NCBI RefSeq assembly: GCF_009914755.1
Contig: NC_060929.1
Source of the DNA: the human T2T-CHM13v2.0 reference genome, Homo sapiens
Strand: one strand, 5' to 3'
Length of the DNA: 64,000 nucleotides
Position 1 is the stretch's first letter. Every line of letters starts with the position of its first letter. The position numbers and the translations under genes are program-made. Shown in pieces: positions 52,089-64,000 of this stretch. The notes beneath the pieces were generated by a model. That model searched no databases, was not told the DNA's origin, and saw only the letters and a program-made list of their open reading frames with translations.

Positions 52089-52976
52089 GGAAATGTTTCT
52101 TAATCTGTCTTTTTTTTTTTTTTTTTTTTTTTAAACAGAGTCTTGCTCTGTGGCCCAGGCAGGAGTGCAGTGGCACCATCTCCACTCACTGCAAGTTCTG
52201 CTCCCCCAGGTTCATGCCATTCTCCTGCCTCAGCCTCCCGAGTAGCTGGGACTACAGGCGACCGCCACCACGCCCGGCTAATTTTTTGGTATTTTTAGTA
52301 GAGACGGGGTTTCACAGTGTTGACCAGGATGGTTTCGATCTCCTGAACTCGTGATCCACCCGCCTTGGCCTCCCAAAGTGCTGGGATTACAGACGTGAGC
52401 CTCCGCGCCCGGCTGCTTTGACATTTTTCAAGACTACAGCCAGTTATTTTGTAGATCGTCTCACGCTTTGAATTTGATGTTGCCTCATGACTAGTTGAGG
52501 TTATGTAATTTTCAGGCGAAATAACACAGAGGTGATGTTGTATCCTTCTCAGTGCATCGTGTTAGGAGATACGTGATGTGGGTTTGTGTCCTTATTAGGG
52601 ACAGTAATTTTGATTACTTGGTTAAGGTGGCATCTCAGGTTTCTGGACTGTGAAGTTACTATTTCCCCCATCTGTCATAAATAAATAATCTGTTGGGAGT
52701 TACTATGACACTAGATCACGCTACTGAGAAACTGAATGCTAATCTACTTGGTTAGCATTCTTTGATTCTTGCCTGAGGCAATTAATATTATGGTTCCTGA
52801 ATGCTGATTTTTCTAAATACATTGTTCTTTCTACATTTATTAGTTTGTTTCCTATTGTTTGGAAGAACTTTTCCTTCTTTATTCATATTAGCATGGACTC
52901 ATGCATTAGTCAATGGATCATACTTTGTTCTATCTAATCTCCACTAAAGCTCTCTGAAGAAGGCAGTGGTTGGTAG

Positions 52977-53123
<147 letters not shown>

Positions 53124-53126
53124 TGA

Positions 53127-53312
<186 letters not shown>

Positions 53313-53728
53313 TAGTTTTGACATTCATTGCTAATCCTTGGCTGGATCAGTTTTTACCAGTGGGGGTTGCAAGATGGTCATTTTCTAATTCTATTCTAGA
53401 TTCATGGTAAAGAAATTCCCTCCCCATACCCTTTCTTTTGAGGATCCCTATGGTCTTAAGGATATTTATTTAATTATTTAGTTACAGACAGTTACAGTCA
53501 TTATTCTCTTTGATAGTTGTCCTAAATTTGGCTGATGGGAGCCCTTGCTTCCTGTGTCTTTTGATATGATCTTGTTAGTCTTGTCCCCTTTCCGCACAAT
53601 ACAGTGCTTCAGACCTGGAACTTTGGTTTCTATTAATGGGAAATGGTCCGTTTTTTAAAAAAAAAATAAGTAGAAATGGGATCTCTCTGTGTGGCCCAGG
53701 CTGGTCTCAAACTCCTGGGCTTAAGTGA

Positions 53729-54085
<357 letters not shown>

Positions 54086-54298
54086 TAAGAGTAACATTGT
54101 AGCCCGTTGTGTCATTGTTACATAATTTATTGAGTGATCTGTTGTTTGAAATTTAGGTAATTTATAACTTTTAATGTTTATATAAAGCAGTGTTGTGAAC
54201 ATCATTGTATCCCAGTTTTTACATGTTCCTTAACTTTAGAATAAGATTTTAGCAGTAGATTTTCTGGGTCATACAAATGTACTTTTTAAAGATTTTAT

Positions 54299-54329
<31 letters not shown>

Positions 54330-54545
54330 GAGACGGAGTCTTGCTCTTTCGCCCAGGCCGGACTGCAGTGGCGCTATCTCTGCTACTGCAAGCTCCGTCT
54401 CTGGGGTTCACGCCATTTTCCTGCCTCAGCCTCCCGAGTAGCTGGGACTACAGGTGCCCGCCACTGCGCCTGGCTAATTTTTTTTTTGTATTTTTAGTAG
54501 AGACTGGGTTTCACCGTGTTAGGCAGGATGGTCTCAATCTCCTGA

Positions 54546-54815
<270 letters not shown>

Positions 54816-55389
54816 TAGTAGAGACAGGGTTTATCCTTGTTGGTCAGGCTGGTGTCGAACTCCCGACCTCAGGTGATCTGCCCGCCTTGGCTTCCCAAAG
54901 TGCTGGGATTACAGGAGTGAGCCACCACGCCCAGCCTTTAAGCTTTTAAATGTCTACCAGCAGTTTGTTGTCTAGAAAGTTTATATTAGTGTTTACCTCA
55001 GCTTCATGCCTTTTCTTTTCTTTTTTTCTTTAATAATTGAAGGCACTACTTTTAGAAGAAAAGACTAACTGTTATTTTCGTTGATGTTTTCTCCCTATTC
55101 TTAAAGCCGCTGTCTGACAGAAGTTTCTCTTGACACTGATACAGTGATATTTGACTAAGTGTGATTTGAAATTTCTTCTGGCTATGAGTGATAATAGCTG
55201 TGGGTGCAGAGGGCAGCTGATTTAAACATTATGTTTTAATAGAATAAGACAAGTCCTTCTCTAGGAATCCATCAAAAAATGAAGTGAAGCATACCTTTTA
55301 GATACTACTGTACCATGAATGTTGTGGAGTAGGAAAAATCAGGATCTTCTGTATTCGTTTTTGAAGCAGTGTCTTTGAAAGTAGCTTTT

Positions 55390-55692
55390 GGCCGGGTGCG
55401 GTGGCTCACGCCTATAATCCCAGCACTTTGGGAGGCCGAGGCAGGTGGATCATGAGGTCAGGAGATCGAGACCATCATATCCTGGCTAACACGGTGAAAC
55501 CCCGTCTCTACTAAAAATGCAAAAAAATTAGCCGGGCGTGGTGGCGGGCCCCTGTAGTCACAGCCACTTGGGAGGCTGAGGCCAGAGAATGGCGTGAACC
55601 CAGGAGGCGGAGCTTGCAGTGAGCTGAGATCCACCACTGCCCTCCAGCCTGGGCGAAAGAGCAAGACTCTGTCTCAAAAAAAAAAAAAAAAA
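55390..55692 (+). mobile_element. Sense AluY ~350 nt upstream of exon 2
   Basis: Full-length Alu with Y diagnostics; TSD GAAAGTAGCTTT (55377-55388 / 55693-55704). Confidence 0.9.
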
Positions 55693-56045
55693 GAAAGTAG
55701 CTTTCATTCACTTTAGCTTTTCATCTTGTTTCTAAAGGTGGGGCAGATAAAGTGAGTAGGAACTGAGGTAGGAAGTCTTGGTGCTAGAGAAGCCCAAAGG
55801 GAAACATTCTGTGTGTTTGGGAATGCCCTCTTGTAGTACCCCTCCTATTTGTAAGCCTGAAATCATTAAATATTAAGAGGTTGTAAGGTTTACTGGGTCT
55901 TCATGTGTAGGCTAGTTAGAATTTTTTCATCTATAGTGAATATAGCTTTCCTGATGCAAAAGTCCCAAAGTAGGAGAAGATTTGTTACATATTTCATGTT
56001 TGTGTTTGATGTTTGCCTGACTGACTTTTTGTTTCTTATTTAGAA

Positions 56046-56150
56046 ATGACTGCTGTCCATGCAGGCAACATAAACTTCAAGTGGGATCCTAAAAGTCTAG
56101 AGATCAGGACTCTGGCAGTTGAGAGACTGTTGGAGCCTCTTGTTACACAG
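56046..56150 (+). CDS. CTNNA1: CTNNA1 coding exon 2 (exon spans 56044-56150, 107 nt; codons 1-35)
   Basis: Acceptor ctgactgactttttgtttcttatttag|AAATG; donor ACACAG|gtaaga; translation MTAVHAGNINFKWDPKSLEIRTLAVERLLEPLVTQ. Confidence 0.97.
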
Positions 56151-57297
56151 GTAAGAATCTGAAAACACAAATACATTGTAACATGGTTCTATAGCACAGG
56201 CCTGGGTAACAACCATAAGAGCAAGGTTATTTAGTTCAAAGCCTTAATTCCAGTACTTGAGTTTAGGTGACAGTTCTTAGATGATTTGAATATTGATGCA
56301 TGGGTTTAGTTAACCCTTGAGAACGCTGCTGCTGTCGTTTTCTTCAGTCTTATTGCTAGTAACGGGTCCATGGTATGTAGTGCAACTTTGCAAATGTTTG
56401 TGCTTTGCAGATACTTCACCTTTCTTCAGAGGGGAAACCCAAGAAAGGTGGAGTCTGGATCCTTGATTGTTAAGGTCTCTCACTCTGCTTAACACACCTT
56501 TCATTGTGTGGGATTAATTAGCAGGTAATTCAACTTGAGGGTTTAGGTTTGGTATGCTACAAATGTCACAATGTTAGGGTAGTTCATAAACTGTTAGCAA
56601 CTAGCTGTGTACTTTTAGTGTTTTACAATAGTATGTCTATTGTTTGTATGTGAGAGATTCAGAGAGAGAGAGAGAAAATGAGTCTTGTTTGGCAAATTTA
56701 CACTATAACATATATTCATCATCTTTAACCTAGAGATAATCTGGTATTATGTGTATTAATGATGGTAATGTTCTAAGACATAAAGCGTCATCACTGTAGG
56801 CTTCTTTGGGCAATCATTCGTTTATTGGGACCTTTACTAATTGCTGAGATTTGTGTGAATAAACTGTCAAAAGACTTCAGAAGCAAATTATCTTAAAATG
56901 TTTTGCAAAGTTTGAAAACAGTGGCAGTGTGATCTCCAGATAAAGCTAAGTTCATTGTTAACCTCTTTCTGGAACATCTTGGTGACATATAGTAGAGACA
57001 TCTAACTTGTCTCTAATCATTTTTTAATTTGTAAAATCAAACTAAAAACCTAATGATCATATTTGAGAAATTAAAATATGTGTTAAATAATTCTCTGTAC
57101 ACATTAAGAAAGCTGAATTATTTTGGAAATTAAATATAGCATCATTGCTGTATATCTTAAATATGGGGAATTGTATGTTAATGTTCAGTGGAATCTCATG
57201 TGATTTTTTAAAAGAATAACTTAATCTTGCTGTCTTTAAAGATATTAGTTTGTCATTTTAATTGACTCCAGTTTAATGTTAAAAATGAAACTTTTAG

Positions 57298-57493
57298 GTT
57301 ACAACCCTTGTAAACACCAATAGTAAAGGGCCCTCTAATAAGAAGAGAGGTCGTTCTAAGAAGGCCCATGTTTTGGCTGCATCTGTTGAACAAGCAACTG
57401 AGAATTTCTTGGAGAAGGGGGATAAAATTGCGAAGGAGAGCCAGTTTCTCAAGGAGGAGCTTGTGGCTGCTGTAGAAGATGTTCGAAAACAAG
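57298..57493 (+). CDS. CTNNA1: CTNNA1 coding exon 3 (196 nt, phase 0 to phase 1)
   Basis: Acceptor cttttag|GTTACA; donor AAACAAG|gtaggt; open frame VTTLVNTNSKGPSNKKRGRSKKAHVLAASVEQATENFLEKGDKIAKESQFLKEELVAAVEDVRKQ continuous with exon 2. Confidence 0.97.
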
Positions 57494-57574
57494 GTAGGTC
57501 ATTACTGCTTTTTAGGTAAAGAGAGGCAGGCCTTTCTAGAAAATCAGTGTTTGAAGATTTTTTTTGTGGTCAGT

Positions 57575-57732
57575 ATTCTCATTCTTATGCTTGCCAATTG
57601 CTCAGTAACTTACTTAGTTATTGGAGATGTATTAAGTTGGACTGGCTCATATTTTAATTCTCATTCTTATGCTTGCCAGTTGCTCAGTAACTTAGTTATT
57701 GGAGATGTATTAAGTTGGACTGGCTCATTTTA
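57575..57732 (+). repeat. Tandem duplication, ~80-bp unit, 2 copies
   Basis: attctcattcttatgcttgcca(a/g)ttgctcagtaactta…ttattggagatgtattaagttggactggctcat at 57575-57656 and 57657-57732. Confidence 0.95.
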
Positions 57733-58196
57733 ATCATGAGAGATGCTTGCAGAGGGACATCTGGAGAATCTGAATCCACTTCTCTTGGGTATTTCAAGTA
57801 ATAGTTAAGTCTTAGAAATGTTGTAACACAAATTGATAGGAAAGAAATGGGACCGAAGTTTACTTTTCATCCTGTGTAATACTTCTTTTTAGTTCATGCT
57901 GAAGAGATGGGTGTGATAAAATGGAAAAATATCTACCTACTCTGAAAATACTCTAGAAATTGTCCTATTGTGTCAGAATAGTATGTTAAATCAGCCATGC
58001 ATATTTGAACTGGTTGGAGCTTGACATAAATCTGGGTATAAAGGAATCATGTTTTGGGAAATTCAGAATTGATAAAAAGTAAAATGGTAATCCACAGTTT
58101 ACTAATAATTAATGCTAGAAAAATTGTCCTTATTATGTTACAAATGTGGAAGGAAGACTTTAAATACGGAAGATAAACTTCTTGAAACCTGCAGTT

Positions 58197-58324
58197 TTTA
58201 TTTTTAGTAGAGATGGGGTTTCACTAGTTGCCCAGGCTGGTCTCAAACTCCCAAGCTCAAACAATCCGCCTGCCTCGGCCTGCCAGAGTGCTGGGATTGC
58301 AGGCATGAGCCACAGTGCCCGGCC
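58197..58324 (-). mobile_element. Alu left monomer / FLAM-like element
   Basis: Single Alu arm flanked by TSD TTGAAACCTG(C/T)AGTT (58182-58196 / 58325-58339). Confidence 0.8.
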
Positions 58325-58709
58325 TTGAAACCTGTAGTTGTGTGTTAGGTTTCTTTTCCAGTCGGAGAATTTCAACAATGATGTAGGTTTTTTAGGTTAT
58401 TGGATATCAGCTAAGGTAAATCGAGCCCTGCTATTTACAGGTGCTTTACTAACCCTTGGGAGAACTTCATAGATCTTTCGTGCCTGATGGTAGATTGCAT
58501 AGTCCAGAGTCTTATGTCAAATTCATCCCTGTGGCAGTACCCATAAATGGGCAGTGCCTTAGATGGAGATAACATCTCCAATTGTTTTCTGAATTTGTGA
58601 ACAAATAACCTTCAATGGTAAATATTTTTTCAGTTTTCAGGCTGAAGATAAATATTTCTAATACTGAAAATGATGAAATTATTAGAATTCCACAGTACTA
58701 ATTAGGCAG

Positions 58710-59161
58710 GTATATTAGTTTCCTAGGGCTTCTATAACATAAATTATTACAAGCTTGGTGGCTTAGAATAATAGAAATTTATTCTCTCATCATTCTGAAG
58801 GCCAGAAATCTGAAATCAAGGTGTTGGCAGGCTTGATTCCTTGTTGGGACTTAGGAAGAATCTGTGGATGCCTCTTTCCTAGCTTCTGGTGGTTGCCAGC
58901 AATTCTTAGCATTCCTTGGCTTGCAGACATGTTACTCCAGTCTCTGCCTTTGTTATCATATACTTTTCTTTTTTTGTGTCTCTGTGTCCAAGTTTCCCTC
59001 TTCTTATAAGGACATCAACCATTGAATTAGGGCCCACCTTAATCCAGTATAACCTCATCGTAACTTGATATCATCTGCAAAGACCCTGTTTCCAAATAAA
59101 GTTGCATTCACAGGTTCCAGGTGGACATGAATTTTTGGGCAATGCTATTCAACCCAGTACA
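58710..59161 (-). mobile_element. MLT1C-like MaLR LTR
   Basis: gtatattagtttcctagggct…aaatttattctctca…aaatcaaggtgttggcagg…cttctggtggttgcc…tctgcaaagaccctgtttccaaataa…tattcaacccagtaca. Confidence 0.8.
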
Positions 59162-59177
59162 GTGAGTTTTGAATTAA

Positions 59178-59481
<304 letters not shown>

Positions 59482-59632
59482 TAATTTATTTTAAAGTAGT
59501 TTAATGGTCCAGTTCAGGACAGTTTTTGAGCTTGCTGTTGAGGAAATCAGGCTATTACTTAATTGTATTCTGTGGTACATTCTCCTCCCCAGCCCTTCTT
59601 GTCTTCTATAACGAAACTCACAATCATATTAA

Positions 59633-59911
<279 letters not shown>

Positions 59912-60563
59912 TTGCCTTGTTGGCAGGCTCGTCTCGAACTCCTGACCTCAAGTGATCTGCTCGCCTTGGCCTCCCGAAGTGCTGGGATTACAGGCATGAG
60001 CCAGTGCGCCTGGCCACATTTATTTTTAAAATGCATTTAATTGTTGTAGGTAATTTTAATTTGACTTTATATGTTTCTTATTTCAGAAGTTTCTCCAGTG
60101 CAAATATGTAGCAATCATGGTATAATATACATTCCCTGCTCCCCAAACCCCCCACAATTTTGAATGCATATCTGAATTGCTTTTGTTATTTTTGTTTGTA
60201 TATGATAATCTTTTATGTGGTTCTGAATCATAAGGACTTTTCTGTCCTAGTCCACTTTTGCAATTATTTATTATCATGACCTGTCCACCATAATTTGCCT
60301 TCTCTTTGGAAAAAAAGAGCCAAAACCAAAATATAACTTCCTCCCATCATCATTATTGCATCAGATATGAAAAGCTGAAATGCCTTACTTTTTTCTCTTG
60401 GCTTACTTTTTTCTTTGGAGAATCTTAACAAATGGTGATAAGATCTCTTTTCTATCATAAATAGAACAAAATACATATTACAAAAATATGAAGCACAGAT
60501 TGCTTAATCAACTGAGACTTGTTGGCTATGTCGTTGAAGCCATTTACTCATCGTTTGAAACCC

Positions 60564-61028
60564 TGTAGTGGTGTTAATAGGTCTGCAGATTCTTTGGACA
60601 CCCCTCCCTTAAAAAAAAATAGAGCCTAACCCTTGAACATGGGTTGAACTTAGTGATTCCTACAATGACTAGAATGTGGTAGAAGTGGTGCTATTTACTT
60701 TGGGAGCAAAGTTATAAAAATGGGGCCGTATCCACTCCACTTTTTCTCATGGATTATTCTGTCTGGGGGAAGCTGGCTGCTATGTCTTGAGTGCACTCAG
60801 GAGGTCCTGTGGAGAAGAACTGAAGTCTCCAACCATCAGTCAGCACACATTTGTCAAGCATGTGAGTGAACCACCTAGGAAGCAGATCCTCCACCTCCAG
60901 TCAAGTTTCAGACAACATCAGTCCTGACCAACCCCAAATCCCTGACCCATAGAAAACTCTGGGAGTTAATAATTGTTTTAAGCTGCCACCTCTTGGAATT
61001 TCTTAGGCAGCAAAAGAAAATTTATACA
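60564..61028 (+). mobile_element. MLT1 (F/G/H-like) MaLR LTR
   Basis: tgtagtgg…cccttgaa…tagaatgtggtagaagtg…catgtgagtga…gaagcagatcctcca…ccagtcaag…ttgttttaagc. Confidence 0.65.
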
Positions 61029-61197
61029 AACACTTTTCCCTGCCCTGGCTTCAGTGGTCCTGAGCATTTACGTAAAACCCTGACCTAACTTTTCTGAATT
61101 TTTCTGATAAATAAAAATATGCCATCCACTGAAACACTTAATTTTTAAAGGATTTTTAAGATGTCTTTGTTCTGAATCACTGTTGACGTTGTTTAGG

Positions 61198-61694
<497 letters not shown>

Positions 61695-62537
61695 ATCTAG
61701 GGTTTTCCCAGGCTGTTAAAGATATGAGCTTACTGTCTTCAAAAAGGTAGTTATTTATGTGTTTATTTATTATACTTTTGAGCCAAAAATTAGACCTTCT
61801 GTATCTTTGGGTTTGTACATGTCCATTGCTTCCCGTGCAATCATAATAACCAAAAGTTGGAATGTACACAGTTTTTGATGTGTAACTTTCTTTTTGTGTT
61901 AGACCCTGATTACATAAATAATGAATATGCACATTTGTGAGTATACTAAAATTTCACCATAATGCTGTAAGTGATGTTAAAAAAATTCACGTACATAAAA
62001 ACAGGATCATTTGACTTCAAGGCTAATGAAATGGTCAGGTGAGCCACATGTGGTGGATAGGAGCCAGTCACCAATTGCATGGCTTCCAAATCTCTGTGAT
62101 CTAAGAGTTTAATTGTACTACTAATCTGCTTCGTTTTTGAGTAGCTACCTTATATAGGCAGAGGTGTACATATGCCTCTTAGATGTGCTCTTTTCTTATT
62201 TTAGGATCCTGTTTACCTCCCGTATCCCCCCATCCTTATCAGATCAATCTTACCTTTGTTCTTTTTTGTCTTAGCGCTTATCACAGTGGTAATTTAAGTT
62301 GGTTGCCTTTTCCTCTCTACGCTCCAGCAGTGCAGGTTCTGTGCTGGTCTGGTGACCATTCTGTTTGTATCTATGATAGTACCTGGTCCGTGATAGGCAC
62401 TTAAATGTTTGAGTAAGATAATTGGTTATTCTCCGAGAAGTACAGTAAGAGAAAATGCTTTTTTCTCGAAATTTAAAGTGTGTTTTCCTTTCCAGTGCCA
62501 AATGTAAATGCATGGGTAGGGGTGGAGAATCTTATGT

Positions 62538-62712
62538 TTTTTTTAAAAAATTGAGATATAATTTCACATACCATAAAAATCACCCATTTAAAGTATACAA
62601 TGCAGTGTTTTTTAGGGTATTCAGAGTTGTACAGCTATCACCATGATCTAATTCCAGGACATTTTTATCATCCCCCAAAAGAAACCTCATACTCATTAGC
62701 AGACATTCCCCA
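62538..62712 (-). mobile_element. L1MB-type 3' end fragment
   Basis: attgagatataatttcacataccataaaa…ttaaagtatacaat…tattcagagttgt…ctaattccaggacattttt…ccccaaaagaaacc. Confidence 0.75.
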
Positions 62713-63413
62713 TACATGTACATTTTAACAGTAGATAAAGAGTAGCAGCTGCCTTGTGGTACATAAATGTATTTTATGAATCCTTGAATAGGGCTCTGAC
62801 CAGAAAAAGAAGCCTCTTAAGCCGGATAGGGGACTTTCAGGGGACAGAGATGAGAAGACCTAAATGAAGCTTTTTTGAAAAAGGAGAGATATTATGAACA
62901 GAGGCCCATTAATGTTAAATTTGAAGTGGAGTGATGAGGAACAGCTTCTTACTAGAACAGTGTTTTATAATCCATTAGCCACAATTTATACTTGGATCTC
63001 AAAGGCCAGGATCAGTATTATTGCTACTTCTGTAGCTTCTTCCCTATAGCTCATGGGCATTTCTGGGTCAGTGAAGGGGGAGAAGACCCAAAGAAACTGA
63101 AATCCACCTTTTTGTATTCCTGCACTGCTTCTAATCATATTTGCTCAGTAAAGGGGCCAAATAGATTATTCGTGCACTGAGCAACAGTAGATTTCCTAGG
63201 AAGAAGCTTGTGTCAGGGAAATATGAGTGAGGAATGGGCTGGTTGATAGTGTGTGGTCCCTGAGGGGGAGATGGTATTCTAGCACATAGGAGGCTGTTTT
63301 TCCTGTTTTTCCCCCCCCCAGAGCTTATAATGATACATGAATACGAAAAATAATTAATAGCATGAGTGGCAGAGGAATGGGAGGATAAGCATGGGATTGG
63401 GAAAGTTAACTAA

Positions 63414-63857
<444 letters not shown>

Positions 63858-64000
63858 TGAGCCACCGCACCCGGCTGCAGGAGAGGTTTAATATAGTTTG
63901 GAGCATATTTAGAGGGTGGCTTGGAATGCCATGTGGCATTACATGGTTCAGGTCCCATATGCTTGAATGTATCAAGTGACACAGGACTCACTCACTACCT

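Noticed and set aside
50554-52354. Repetitive Pro/Gly/Arg and GEGEE ORFs
   Set aside because: These are translations of the SVA VNTR and hexamer head.
57253-57492. 79-aa minus-strand ORF opposite exon 3
   Set aside because: It is an antisense shadow of a coding exon, with no promoter or splice support.

Overview
This is human genomic DNA: it is very Alu-dense and carries an AluYa5 and a full-length SVA. It covers the 5' end of CTNNA1 (alpha-E-catenin) on the + strand. The layout is about 27 kb of repeat-rich upstream DNA, a TATA-less CpG-island promoter (~27.1-28.4 kb), non-coding exon 1 (donor at 27705), a 28.3-kb intron 1, coding exon 2 (56044-56150, ATG at 56046), exon 3 (57298-57493) and the start of intron 3. 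The supplied ORF track misses both real exons; its ORFs are almost all Alu, SVA or GC-richness artefacts. Four observations stand out. (1) Exons 2+3 total 303 nt, and if back-spliced they give a stop-free, in-frame circular ORF that includes the native AUG; inverted Alus flank them. (2) Intron 1 hides a ~330-bp L2-derived inverted repeat whose arms are far too alike for independent L2 copies, and it loops out ~2 kb containing a candidate uORF-bearing cassette exon. (3) An SVA inserted into the target-site duplication of an older AluY at the same endonuclease nick. (4) A hairpin overlaps an antisense 5' splice site and an AP-1 site at the promoter. Repeat family names and boundaries come from recognition by eye, not RepeatMasker. 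All functional interpretations are hypotheses.
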